Source: Macrostomum lignano
Taxonomy: Eukaryota
Assembly (NCBI GenBank): GCA_002269645.1
Contig: NIVC01001881.1
Coordinates: 1-64,000, forward strand
Reading direction: 5' to 3'
DNA: 64,000 bases
Made by a program: the position numbers and the translations under genes. Shown here piece by piece: positions 12,061-24,729 of this stretch. The notes below the pieces were generated by a model. That model did no database searches, was not told the DNA's origin, and was given only the letters and a program-made list of their open reading frames with translations. The number at the start of each line of letters is the position of its first letter. The first letter of the stretch is position 1.

Positions 12061-12520
12061 AGGGAGGCCGTAGCCCAGTGGTCTGGCATGACACGCTCTG
12101 ATATGCCAGCGGCCCAGGCTCAATTCCAAGTGCAGTCGCATTGACTTGAGGGCTAAATTGGAATCTTGGCTTGGCTCTGTTTGTGCAATTAACATCTTTG
12201 AGGGGGTTGTTTTCAAAAATGCAAAAATTCACTACCACTAAGACTGCTGCTTATGAAAGTGACTGCGAAAAATTTAGTGGTCGTGAAGTTTCAGTTTATG
12301 AAATTTAGTGCTTAATATAATGCCTAATGCCTAACGATAAATATAGTTAGGGCCACTGTACATTCCTGTGAGTGTGTGCCTATGCATATAACTGCATACA
12401 TATCTGCATGCTTGTGTGCCTGCTCAGAAGAGTTATTGGAATGGGCAGTAATGCCTCTTGCTAGTTGTGAAACAATGTTGCTTTAAGTGAACAAGGATGC
12501 ACACAGCCCCCTGCTTTTAA
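12061..12520 (+). mobile_element. tRNA-derived SINE-like element
   Basis: Head carries an A-box TAGCCCAGTGG, a CTGGCAT/ATGCCAG hairpin and a B-box-like GGCTCAATTCC. The body (GTGCAATTAA..GTTAGGGCC(A/G)CTGTACA..GCTCAG) recurs at 45845-46200 (+), 20270-20465 (-), 38946-39190 (-) and as a fragment at ~59340-59405. Confidence 0.65.
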
Positions 12521-13538
12521 TAAAAGATTATATCCCAATGCCTGATGCTAATGGTATACTACAACCATAGCAAGAAAGTTATTAAAATTTTACTAGCTAG
12601 CTATGCACATTATGGATATAGATAGGCCATGGGAAAAATTTGAGATGTGGCTACAAATATGAATTTGGGAAAATTTTGGCTTTGGCAGAAATCTATATTC
12701 TATAATATAGCCTATAGTATATAAACTTTCATGGCTTTGAAAATGATAAAAGATTTTATTTATGTTAGGCCTAACTTTAGCAAATTGATATAGGCCCTAT
12801 TCAGTGTTTGGGGGTAAATTTTTGGCATTTCCAGCACTTTCAGTTCACTCAAAATTTAGATCCATATTATTATTATATTACATTATATTATATTATAATA
12901 TTACATTTTTATTTAAAAAGAATATCTACATTTCAAATTCTAGACCAATATATGTTTTCATTTTTTACAAAGAAATATTTAAGCACTTTTTAATTGGTAT
13001 TTCATTAGAATTATAGAAGACTTTAAAAAGATACTTTAAAAAATACTAGTTAATAATTAAATATATAATATAAGGAAAAGAACTAAAATATCTAAATTGT
13101 CATTATCTCAGTATTGGACAGTGCTATATTTACTAAATCATCATGTTGCATTGTATTGGCTATGCAAAGATCTCTTGGAATTCTAGGATAACTAATTAAT
13201 TAAGATCAAAATAGGAATGAGAAAAAGATTGCATGGTAATAATTAGATAATTACATAATTATAAGCAAATATATTTCTTTAAACTTTAGTCAAGATACTA
13301 ATTAGTAATATAGCTATTAAAATAGTATATATAAATTTATTCTTCTAAGGTGCTAAAGATGTTATTTTGGTTAATTGGATTATATTTCCTAAAAAAGTTA
13401 AATTAATTATTTAAAATATAAGTAAACTCATTCTTCAATATTTGACTCATTGTAGTGTTTTGCCATAAGGGGGCTCCATATGCCATAGCTGTAGCCGTAA
13501 ACAAAACTATGGCTTCTTCCAATTCTCCATATTAAATA

Positions 13539-16500
13539 CAATGGCGTAGCCAGGGGGGGGGGGATGAGGGGGATGTATCCCCCCCGAAAATCTGATCCAA
13601 TTTTTTTCCTTACTTTTCAATAAAAATTTACTTTGAGACAGTAACTTAACATTTCATGTCATAACCTGTAGCAGTTTGTAAATAAAAGCTGTAAAAAGCA
13701 TAACAGAACAGAATGGAGCAGCATGGGCGGCATGACAAAGTGGAGCGGCGCTCCCTAAATAGTCACGCAGCTTAAAGAGTAAAAAAACACAAGTCCAACG
13801 GAGCAGCCAAAACCCCGGGGTCGGCCTCAACAAAAAACAACACCCTCTCAGCCAATAGCTGGCTGAGACTGAGAGGCGAGAGAGAGAGAAAAAGGAAGGG
13901 GTATGGAGGAAAGAATGTACACACGCGTGCGGAGGAAGGGGGGAGAAAATCAATGCACGCGCACGCTAAGAAGTTAGAGGCAATGAGGGGTATCAATGTG
14001 ATCAAGAGACACGTGATCACTGAAGGCGGAATAACAAGATAGGGCAGAGAGAAGAGTGGAGGTGGAATGCGTTTCTTTACTGCGTTGAATCAACTTGAAT
14101 GTTTCTTTACTTATATTTTTGTTGCAAATAGCGACTTTGTTTAAGCAAAGCCAATTAACAGACAACAACTAAGATAGCTGAGAGGCGATCGTTACAGTGT
14201 ACTGCTGCATCACTGCATTGAGTGCATACATCACTTCACTGCTATGGGTCCTCCTGCCGCCAAGCAGCAGAAGATCGATCGTTTTTTCTGTCCTCGTACT
14301 GAAAATACAGTTTTGAATGAGGCAAATACTGCAGCAACAGCAACTGCTCTCGAGCCAAGTACCGATGGACAGCCAAATGCATCCAAGCCACATGCTGATT
14401 GTAGTCAACTGCCCCCTGCACCGGCGTCTGCAGCGAAGATTGACATTGAACATGCCGTCCAGCTGAGGATTCAGGGAAAGATGACAATGGAAGAACGCCA
14501 GCGATTTATGAAGTACACTCTCAAGGTGCCGAGCGACTACGAGCTTCCCTTCATGATGGGTAAAACACAAAAGTTCAGGCTGCTGCCTCATCATCTGACT
14601 GGCAAGAATGATTGTTTTTATTTTTCGCCTATTAGCCAAGGTGTGTACTGTTTGCCGTGTGTCCTTTTTGCTCCGACAACTGGTCATGGCCAAAAAAACA
14701 ATCAAGAACTTGGTCACTTTGTGACCGTGCCAGTAAAGAACTATAAGAAAATATTGGAGTTTTACACAAAGCACTGTGATAGCCAATACCACAAGCATGC
14801 CTGCGACACCTTTCGCCAAGTGCAACGGAATGAAACTGAGGGCGACGTATCATCCAAGTTAAAAACAGCCGCTGACGCAGTCTTACGTGACAATTGCTAC
14901 ATCTTTGAGGCTGTGGTCAGTGGTATTGAATACTTAGGCCGAACAAACCAGGGCATTCGAGGTCATTGCGAAGCTGCTGGTCGCCTGTCAGTGCCAGACA
15001 AATCAGACTCTGTCGACTATACGCAAGGCAATCTTCGGGCTCTTCTTCAACGAGATGCCATCAAGGATAGCAAATTAGCTCACCTTATTCAGACAAGTCC
15101 ACTTAACTCTACGGGCCTCTCTCCCATGGTTCAGAACCGTCTAATAGAGTGCATTGAGACTGTAATGACGAGAGAGATCATTCTTCCTATAACATCATTC
15201 TTTGCTATCATTGCTGACGGAACAAGTGACATCGGACGGGTGGAGCAACTGTCAATCAATATCCGTTATGTTGCCCAAGACTACGGCGCAGAAGAACGGT
15301 TCATCGGCTTTGTTGAGTTAAAACAGCAAGACTCTGCTTCGATTGTGGAAGCCATCAACCAGAAGTTGGAGCAGCTCCACCTTTCGAAGGAGTTTCTAGT
15401 TGCTCAAGGCTATGATGGTGCGTCTGTCATGAGTGCTGAGGGAGATATACAGGGGCGGATTCGACAGACTTGCCCGAATGCAATTTACGTCCATTGCTTT
15501 AGTCATTGCCTCAACCTCTGCACCAGAGCATCCGTTGATAGCAAGCAAGGAATTAGAGAGCTTAAGGCGGCATATGCTACGCTGGATGTAGCCTACAACC
15601 ATTTTGCCCACTCAACTGTCAGGACAAAGAGATTTGCAGACGTCGTTGCCGCACGAGAGACTGAAGCTGTGAAGACAAAAAGCGGAAAGACCAGGCTCAA
15701 GGCATTCTGTCCCACTCGCTTTGTTGAGAGCCATAATAACGTCTTTGACTTTCTGGCACTGTTTGACGAAGCAGCCAAGTACTTCTCTGATGCCGACCTC
15801 GCCGTGTACAACAACATTGTCAATCCTGTGACAATAGTTTCGCTGCATGTACTCCAGGCCGTGCTTGGCCTATCGGTGGTCCTTCAGGTATGCACTAATA
15901 TCATATTTTGCATTAAGACTTGTAGCTATTTAAATATACATTAGTTGACTGAACAAGTGTATAAATTATAGTGCAAATTTTAACTATCGCAACTGCGGCT
16001 TCGTATAATACAGTATTCAGTAATCAGTATATTTTTCTATGCTTGGCTATTACTGACTAATTTGAATATACATATGGCTTTGACTTTAAAATGGAGGTTC
16101 ATGTGTCTGAAGGTACTTCATTGCAAATTTTATGGCATAATTCAGTAGAAGTAGAAAGTGGTGCAGACTTGCAAGTAGCTACATTGTGCATATAATAATA
16201 AAGCTACAAAGTCAAAAGTACTTTGTTTCCTATACCAATGTTATTGTTAAATTCCTGACAACGCTCATATGTGGCTTTACTTTTTTTCACTTCAGGGAAA
16301 GACCATCGATCTCATCACAGCTAGCGAGGAAGTCGATCGTGTTCTGAGCCGGCTACGTTTTTGGCGTCAGGACAACTCTGACACAAAATTCCGGGAAGTC
16401 TTTGAGATGGCCGAAGTGGTCCACAAAAGACATAATGAAGATTGCCCAATACTGGACAAGTATCGTGCGACGGCATCCAAGCGCAGCATGCATCGAAGCA

Positions 16501-17572
16501 ACGTACAGGGCGAGACTGCATTCAACAGTTTTAAGCTAAACCTTTGGTATCCCGCTCTGGATCTCATCATTAGCGAGATCAGTGAACGTTTCACGAAGTT
16601 GTCAAAGATTGCTATGCGGATGGCAAAGCTGCTTCCAGAGCATTGTCTTGACAAAGATGCATCGACCGCTGCAGCAGAAGCCTTCACGGAGTACCATGAT
16701 TTTTTAGACCACGATGCCATCTGCCATGCTGAATTCGAAAGTTGGCAGGACTTTTGCCGCAGCCTTTCAGTAGAGGAGAGAACGGCGATGAGCGTTTCTA
16801 GTGCACTTCGATGCTGTAACCCTTGTTTGTGGCCAAACATAGCCAAGCTGCTCAGAATCTTTCTTACTACGCCCGTGACAACATGTACAGCCAAGAGGTC
16901 ATTCAGCACTCTACGGCTTCTGAAGACGCATTCCCGATCAACAATGGGCCAAGGGCGTCTGAATGGTCTGGCGATGCTGGCGGTGCACAAGGACATCAAG
17001 TTGTCCTACAAGAAGGTGATGGAAGAGTACTCCCGAAGGTTTGACACACGGCTTCGGCTGATGTAACTTTTATATTTTATGTCTGTTTAAACTACAAATG
17101 CATACATGTAATACTATGAACTTGATGCTTATAAAGTTTCAATATAAACCAGCACAGTTAACTAGTTAACTATTGACTGTGCTTATTACTTCATGAAAAG
17201 AATGCAGTATTTTGTTTAAAATGCATATGCTGTCTGCTGTCCTACCCGCACCAAAATATTATTTGGCGCTAATTTTGTTTGTGCTTTATTTCATTTCTTG
17301 AGGTCACAAAGGAACAAAGGAACTTTCGTACCTGGCAGTGCACAAACCTGTGAAACATTATAGTATTACGAATTAGTGTTTCATGAATCATGATTAAATA
17401 AGGATTATGAGCAATCTACCGGGCTGAAAAGATTAAGTTTAGTTATACTTGCAATAGGTGGACGTCCATTAATCATGACGGGTTGGCTATTATTATCGCC
17501 AACTCGCCATCAGCCCATAGTCTGGGAAACTAGGATCTATCCCCCCGACAGAAATTTCTGGCTACGCCCCTG
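13539..17572 (+). mobile_element. Full-length hAT DNA transposon (4034 bp)
   Basis: 15-bp TIRs: left CAATGGCGTAGCCAG, right CTGGCTACGCCCCTG (2 mismatches). Perfect 8-bp TSD ATTAAATA at 13531-13538 and 17573-17580. Encodes a spliced transposase. Confidence 0.95.
14244..17066 (+). CDS. hAT transposase, ZMYM1-like (TTF-type Zn finger, DUF4371-like region, hATC dimerization domain), 804 aa
   Basis: Exon 14244-15887, phase-0 GT-AG intron 15888-16295, exon 16296-17066. Motifs YCLPCVLF, FAIIADGTSD..EQLS, QGYDGASVM, VHCFSHCLNL, WPNIAKLLRIFLTTPVTTCTAKRSFSTLRLLKT..RSTMGQGRLNGLAML. Confidence 0.92.
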
Positions 17573-18329
17573 ATTAAATAGCCATATGGACCCCAATATT
17601 ACCATATTTCTGTAGTTCCAGTAGCCATAGCCATAGTTTTATAACAAAAAGTCTAGGAAATAAAGTAGTTTGAATTAAGAGGATAACTTAAAAAATTACA
17701 AATAAAGGAAAAAGTCAAACTAATACTTAATTGCATACATGCGCAACTTCTTAAATTACGCTGGCCGTGCGACTTAGTTTTCGATAAAAAATGCGACTTA
17801 CCTATGAAAGAGCCAAGCAAAAACTTTAGGTAAACGGCAGGAGTAACTATGACCATATTTTTAAAGCTAAATGCCTCGCCAGCTAATTAGTGCTGCGTGC
17901 AGATTCCGCGTTTTTATAACAGCTAATCAGTATGTCATCTAGTGGCGGCATGAAGCAATTAGTAAATTATCAGTACAGTGTAGTGAGCATACTACAAAAG
18001 TCATGATTCATGAATGTCCAGAAGTAAGTGAAGTGAATACAGTGTGACCTATAGCTCAAGAACGATTTGCTAGACGATTTGGCATGGAAGATGAGAGCCC
18101 TGATTCAGATGGCTCATCAGATGCAGAATACGAATCCAGTAGAGATACAAGCTGTGAAAACCCACAGATTTTTAAACCACTGAATTCTAATTCCCGGAAC
18201 TATTTTTGCATAGATTCTAAATTTGAAGTCATGCTCAAAACAAAACTTGTTAACAGTTAGGAAAAAGGCAAAGATGGGAGTAATGCATGTTAAACTAAGA
18301 TTTGAGGCCTTTGCAAATTCTCTCCATTC

Positions 18330-18985
18330 CTCAATCTTCTCATCCTCTTTTTCTTTTCTCTCTCATCCCTTATCCCTTCTCTCTTTCCTCTCCTCTCTTT
18401 CCTCTCCTCTCCTATCTCTTCTGTCTCCTCTCTACATTCTTATCTCTCCTCTCGTCTCTCTCCATTCCACTCTACTCTCTCATCTTATCTTCCCTTTCGT
18501 CTCTCTCCACTCTACTCTCTCATCTTATCTCTCCTCTCTTTTCTACTCTCTCATCTCTCCTCTCTTCACTCTCCTCTCATCTCCTCTTTATCCTCTCTTC
18601 TCTCATCTACTCTCTCCTCTTCCTCTTTCCTCTCTTCTGATCTCATTCATCATCTTTTCTTTCCTCTTTCCTCTCATCTCCTCTTCTCTCTCATCTCTTT
18701 TTCCTCCCTCAGCTTTTCTCTCCTCTTCTATCTTTTCTCCCATCGCATCGCTCGCCTCTCCTCTGTTTGCTTATCTCTAATCTTCTATTCCCTCTACTTT
18801 GAAGTAAGAAAATATGCACATATTTTTGCTGAAGATAAGAGAGAAGAGGGCATTGAGGAAAAAGGGTAGAGAGAAAGGGGGAGAAGAGAGGAGAGTAAAA
18901 ATGAGAGGAGAGAGAAGAGGGAAAGGGGGGGAGAGAGAAGAGGGGAGGCAAGGTAGAGAAGAAGAGAGAGATGAGAGTTGAAGAG
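18330..18985. repeat. Low-complexity CT-rich tract (18330-18790) followed by a GA-rich tract (18830-18985)
   Basis: Degenerate (CTCT/CTCAT)n followed by (GAGA)n. Accounts for the S/L-rich ORFs at 18223-19029. Confidence 0.9.
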
Positions 18986-19044
18986 ACACCAACCTTGCTA
19001 CGAGTAGTTAGTAAGTTAGGAAGTTTCAAAGAACCCGAGGGGCG

Positions 19045-19090
19045 AGGGCCAGATAGAGGGGCTTCGCGAGCCGGAGTTTGCCAACCCCTG
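19045..19090. mobile_element. Solitary Charlie-type hAT terminus
   Basis: AGGGCCAGAT..CGAGCCGGAGTTTGCCAACCCCTG (reverse complement CAGGGGTTGGCAAAC) followed by CTCCAGAG, which resembles the NTCTAGAN target preference. No partner end found. Confidence 0.5.
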
Positions 19091-19239
19091 CTCCAGAGTT
19101 TAAGAAATCAATGGGAAACTGTTGACGCGGGCTTCTGATTTCAAAGATCTTGTCTGTGGTTGAAGGCTTCTATTCTGTTTTTGCTCTTCTGCCACACTTG
19201 CACCTACTACCCCCTGATTGCCTCTAATTGTGACTTACT

Positions 19240-19750
19240 TCCCTCTTATTGCGACTTAGTTGCTTCTTTTTGCGACTTACCTGATCCTTTTTGCGACTTA
19301 CCTAACCCTTTTGCGACTTACCTGATCCTTTTGCGACTTAGCTGATCCTTTTGCGACTTACCTGATTCTTTTTGCGACTTACCTGATCCTTTTTGCGACT
19401 TACCTAACCCTTTTGCGACTTACCTAACCCTTTTGCAACTTACCTGATCCTTTTGCGACTTAGCTGATCCTTTTGCGACTTACCTGATTCTTTTTGCGAC
19501 TTACCTGATCCTTTTTGCGACTTACCTAACCCTTTTGCGACTTACCTAATCCTTTTTGCAACTTACCTAACCCTTTTGCGACTTACCTGATCCTTTTTGC
19601 GACTTACTCGTAGTTTGCTTCTTTTGCGACTTACCTGATTCCTGTTGCGACTTACCTGATCCTTTTTGCGACTTGGTTTGCTTCTTTTGCGACTTACCTG
19701 ATCCTTTTTGCGACTTACCTGATTATTTTTACAACTTAGTTTGCTTCTTT
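19240..19750. repeat. 21-22-bp minisatellite, ~23 copies
   Basis: Unit TTTTGCGACTTACCTGATCC(T). Confidence 0.95.
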
Positions 19751-20269
19751 TGCGAATAGTTTTTCTTTTGCTTCACCATTTTCCCTGAACTGCTCTTTCT
19801 TTTGCTTTCCTCTTGCCTTTCTTGGTTCTTGTGTTTTTCTGTTTTTGGTTGACTCAATTTTGCGACTTACCCCTGGTCAGCCACGATTTACGGTGGCCAG
19901 ATCGGCCAGGTCGGCCAGCAGTTGCGCATGTATGCTTAATTGCCTATTATAAGATTATATTTTAATCTATCTAATACTGAAAGTACCACTACTAAACTTT
20001 TTAACATTAATAAAAGTAAGAATTTATTAGCGTTTTATTGTACTATATTCATTTCATACATGCCCAACACCTATCCAACCTAGACTATCCAAACTGGACT
20101 AGTAAAATGGCCGCCAGCCTGGGTTTTTTCTAAGGTTGGAAATCCAGTTGCCAGCTAGCCTTTGGGGCTCAAAATCTGGTTGCCAATGGCTATTTTTGGT
20201 TGCCTATTGGCAACTAGCCAAATTCTTGAAGATGGATTTTTTTATTAGAGGCAAGGGGATTGTGTGTAC

Positions 20270-20465
20270 CCTAGCACACTTTAATTGACATAGGCACACA
20301 ACTGGCAAGAGGCATTACTACCTATTCCGCCAACTCCCCTGAGCAAGCACATACTCACACAGGAGTGTATAGTGGCCCTAACTTTATTTATTGTTAGGCA
20401 TGTACACTTCATTGCACCTTGGGGGGTTGGCTCTCAAGGCCATTAATTGCACAAGCAAAGGCTAG
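20270..20465 (-). mobile_element. SINE family body fragment
   Basis: Reverse complement of the 12061/45845 SINE body (GTGCAATTAA..GCCAACCCCC..AAGTGTACATGCCTAAC..GTTAGGGCCACT). Confidence 0.6.
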
Positions 20466-22491
20466 GGCCTATGGCCCCCCTTTTGAGGAAGGGAATTTCC
20501 AAGGCTATGTTTGAAAAGTAGAAATTTGTTCTTTTAACTATAGGCCCTAATTGCTATCTATGCTGCAAATAATAACAAACTAACAATTGTATCATATGAT
20601 CATATCAATTTACATGGCACTTTTATTACACTTAAAAAATGGCAACTGGTAGGCCTACAGGGAAAATGAAGTTGCCAGATTGGCCTCTAATACCTAAAAT
20701 CCAGTTGCCAATGAAATTTTCAAGGGGCCAAAAAACCTATATAGCCCAAAAAACTAGACTATGCACCAGAACTATTCCTATCAAATAAGTCTGCTTGTGC
20801 TGTATGTTGGAACCTTTTTAAAAAAAGCACAAAAACACGAAAAACAGTATGCAAGTAAAAAATGCAAGTAAGTTGTTTTAATTATAGAAATAAAAATATT
20901 ATTAGGCAATGTAGCATTGTAGCATAAGGTAAAATTGAAGTTTAATTGAATACTAGTCCTCGCTTCTCCATTATTCTTTGAATTCAAATAATCATTGTCC
21001 TGATAGTTAAACAAGTACAAAATGATGTTTTAACTTTTAAATTGTAATTGAAGCAAAAAAGAAATTTTCTGTTGTGATAGCATGCAGTTCAATTTCTCGC
21101 GCTTAAATACTTTAAATTAAAACGTTTGAGGATAGGGCGCAAAACCAGGAATTTGCTGAGTGGTGCTTTCAGAATCAGAGCTTAGGTAAAATTCATGGTT
21201 CTATTTTGGTTTTAATGAGATCAAAAACTGATTAGTTAGTAGTTAGTTTAGTAGTTACGAGCTCAGTGAATTTTCGGCTGCTTTCAAATCGACGCCGGAA
21301 TTTTCGGGAATTCGAGTCGATTTAACAAAACTATGGGTGCGGTGGGAGCTCCAACAGCTGAGTACCTCCGGCTCAGGGGAGGGTAGCTGTCATCGTGGCT
21401 GCACGGTCGATTTTTTCGTCCTTCAGAATGCTAGGAGGACAGGATGGGCCGATACGGAAACTGTAGTCAAATGGTAGTAGATTTATCTAACATTACTTTA
21501 ATTTTAGTGGATTGCTGTCAACACCGTGGTAATTCACGAAGCAAATCCCTGAGACTTGATTATAGCTAGAACTTAGTTTAAGAACTCTTGATTCTAGATC
21601 ACTAATCCGAGGTCAGAAGTCTTGGAGAACAATTTGATTTTTTAAACAGCGCCTTAATTAAAATACGCTCGTCCAAGGGCGTTGACTACTATGGCAAAAT
21701 ATTTTTAAATATTAGAAAAAATGCTAAATAATTAAACGCAACTATTTGTATGTCGAGAAGTTCTGGATTTGGGCAATTCGGACTCAGTAGTATGGACCTC
21801 GGGTCGTATTGAAATTTTAGAAAAATGTACAGTACATTCCCGTGCAGGTATTTCCTTTCTGCGAGGCTGTTTTACATGTAAGTATTCCACTCGAGTCTGG
21901 CCAAGGCGGGGCGAGCCCAGACTCGTTTATTAGATTCTCATGAGCTTACCACGGTTGGAAGGAGGGGTTTACCCCGGGTGGAAGGTTACACTGAACGGAA
22001 AATTAAAAAAGGAGGTTCACACTGTGCGCGTCTAAATAGATTGAAATTTGTCGGAATTGATTGGAAATTTCGCAGTATGAGCCATAGATAGGAGGACAGA
22101 AAAGCCAATTCATAGCCAACTGTCGGAATTGATTGCAAATTGTTTGAATTGATTGCAATTGAATGCACGTCCGGCCAAGAACTACCATAAACTGTCTGAA
22201 TTAAATGAAAAGATTTTTACTTTGATTGCACGATTGCCAAAATAGAATGGAAAATGTGTAGAACGCAAAAAGCCATAATATTAGTAATAAAATAATATAA
22301 TACTCTGCAAAGACACTTGTGGCAGCTCTTCTCGTATATGGTTATGTATGCATGCAGCATTGATAGCCATTGCTCAATTCTCCTCTGCCCGAGCTAGCCC
22401 CCTGCCTGCCAGTTAGTCTGTCCTTGAACGCATTCGCTCCCTGCTATGTTTGGCCGCACAAGCCGCATTATAGCGTCTACTCTTGGCCATC

Positions 22492-23187
22492 ATGTCGTCC
22501 TACATACGGTTTGATTCTGCTGCCGCTGTCAACTCTCGGGTCCGGAGTGGCTCATCTGGTGGGAGCCAGCAGACACTGACTTCGGCGGCGGCGGCGGCGG
22601 CGGCAGCTAGGATACCAGCAGCTGGCACAAATGTTTCGCAGCCTAAAATCCGTGTGCCGGCAACAATGACCATACAAGTGACAGCACCTCCGTCGGCAGC
22701 CTCATCTGTGACAGAGGCAACCGCTGCGGTTGACGAATGGAACGACGACGCGGCATTGGCTGAGCTGGACTTTGCCGCCATCGACGAGCTGGAAAAATCG
22801 GCGAACAACACCAGCACTACTGAAGCTGCATCGTCTTCCGCGCCTTCCAGCCGCCGGCCTACAAATTCATGGAGTGAGACCTTATTCCGGCTGTCAGAAA
22901 ACCTCTTTGATGATAGCAAGCTCGAAGTTGATTTGCACACACAGGAGCAGCGGGATGGTCCATCGGCAACGAAACGGTTGCGTGCGACCGACCCAGAAGG
23001 CGACGCTTCAACGATTCCAAAGTCAAGTGTGCCGGATCTGAACCCCCGTCATGCTTTGTCTGGCTCTGGTGACAACGACTGCAACATCACCCGGATAGAG
23101 GTGCCAGGCTCGAACCCGCCTTCGCCGACAAATTCAGCTGCAGCAGTAGCAGCAGCGGATGCCGGGGTGGCGCTGCAGCGTCGATAG
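22492..23187 (+). CDS. Hypothetical 231-aa Ala/Ser-rich protein (single ORF or terminal exon)
   Basis: ATG at 22492 to TAG at 23187 in a GC-rich island with exon-like composition. Contains the acidic motif DEWNDDAALAELDFAAIDELE and a basic TKRLR. No known domain recognised. Confidence 0.45.
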   Translation: MSSYIRFDSAAAVNSRVRSGSSGGSQQTLTSAAAAAAAARIPAAGTNVSQPKIRVPATMTIQVTAPPSAASSVTEATAAVDEWNDDAALAELDFAAIDELEKSANNTSTTEAASSSAPSSRRPTNSWSETLFRLSENLFDDSKLEVDLHTQEQRDGPSATKRLRATDPEGDASTIPKSSVPDLNPRHALSGSGDNDCNITRIEVPGSNPPSPTNSAAAVAAADAGVALQRR

Positions 23188-23685
23188 CAGTGGCAAAACG
23201 GAATGGTAGCAGATGGAGTGAGTAAAGATGCTGACTGATTGTTAGCTTGTTTGGTTGTTTGTTTGTTGCTTCTGTATTGTTAGTATTAGCTATTGTCATT
23301 ATTGTTATTAAAATGAGCTACTGAGTCGGAAAGAAGAAGCTATAAGCCGTTTTTTACCTACATGCTGCTGTCTACCGAGCATTCTGCTGTTATTGGCGTC
23401 GACATGGCCTTGCCTTTGGACAGTTCATTTTCTTCGTTTCCAATTCAAAAGTAAAAGAGCAAGTAACAGCTGGCTGGCTGGCTTGATATTGAAGGGGGTG
23501 GGGACTGAAGTACACCTAATAAATAAGAATAAAAGCCTTGACTGGAATGCACTGTGTTTATTGTCTATGGCACGCACTCTACGAAGATTTTAAATGCTAT
23601 TTAAGAAAGTTTTCTTTTTATCCTCTCTCTAAAACGAATGCGGAAGACGCGAATTGACTATTTATAGATTGCTAACTACTATATA

Positions 23686-24392
23686 TACCTTTTTACGTTC
23701 TATTTGATAAAAACTGCAACCAATTTGGCCACGGCTCAGCCTGACGCAGCCGCAGCAATTTTCCATAGACAGCCACCGCTAGCGGCAACCAATTTGGTAA
23801 AAACTGCGAGCTATTTTGCCAGCTTGAAGATAGCAGCTCAATAGCATAACAATAACGATAAAGAATGTTAACAATACATGCACGAAGTCAGAACATTATG
23901 TCCTCAGCATTCAAGCACCGATTGAAGTACGTCTGGGAATGGTTGATCCAGCGCAGGCACTTGAGAGGCGTGATGCAGTTCAGTGCTTGCTGCACTTCTC
24001 TCTTCAGAATGCGCATTCTGTGCTGATGCAGTGTCGCACCTGCTGCAGCAGCCAGTCCAGTATCTGCCAACTCTACCAGTTCGTTCATACGTGGTCACGA
24101 TGTTCCTCACTGTCGGTTTCTTCATCCCCATCATTCTGCCAAGCTCTCTCCAGTCGTCGCCACTCCTGTACGCTCTCACGATTCGCTCTCGATCCAGCTG
24201 ACTTATCTTTTGGTACGGCCCACGATTCGCCATCAGAGCAGCTGCTATCTTCAAGCTGGCGAAATGGCTCGCAGTTTTTACCAGATTGGTTGCCGCTGGC
24301 GGTGGCTGTCTATGGAAAATTCTATGTCTATGGTCAGGCTGAGCCGTGGCCAAATTGGTTGCAGTTTTTATCAAATAGAACGTAAAAAGGTA
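23686..24392 (-). mobile_element. Internally deleted Tc1/IS630-like DNA transposon (707 bp)
   Basis: ~153-bp TIRs (23686-23838 and 24240-24392) flanked by TA on both sides; ends are ambiguous by 2 bp. Inside, on the minus strand, ATG 24233 starts an HTH (RGPYQKISQLDRERIVRAY..TVRNIVTTYERTGRV), joined to a C-terminal remnant (ITPLKCLRWINHSQTYFNRCLNAEDI). The DDE core is missing. Confidence 0.85.
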
Positions 24393-24565
24393 TACTAGCA
24401 TGCATATAAAAATGGATACATATATATGTTATTAATTGTGCATTAATCAACAGCAGCAGAAATAGAAGGATAAATCATTAGATCCATCAACTGTATAATA
24501 ACTAGCGAATAACAGATAATTATTATATATGAACTTTTACAACTGTTAATTAAACGTGCTCATTA

Positions 24566-24695
24566 GAGAGAGAGGGAGAGAGAGGAGAGGGGAGAGGGGA
24601 GAGAGGAGAGAGGAAAGAAGGGAAGAGATGAGAGGAGAGAGAAAAAGGAAAGAGTAGAAAGGAGAGATTAGAGAGTAGAGAAGAGAGGAGAGAGG
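24566..24695. repeat. GA-rich low-complexity tract
   Basis: Degenerate (GAGAG)n. Confidence 0.9.
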
Positions 24696-24729
24696 CTTGT
24701 GCATGCTTTCGCGTCTCACTCACTCACTC

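Noticed and set aside
17915-18260. Coding-like stretch (..RRFGMEDESPDSDGSSDAEYE..)
   Set aside because: Interrupted by stops and has no recognisable domain; at most a decayed fragment.
18223-19029. S/L-rich and hydrophobic ORFs
   Set aside because: CT/GA low-complexity artefacts; the same applies to 34320-34975 and 62170-63586.
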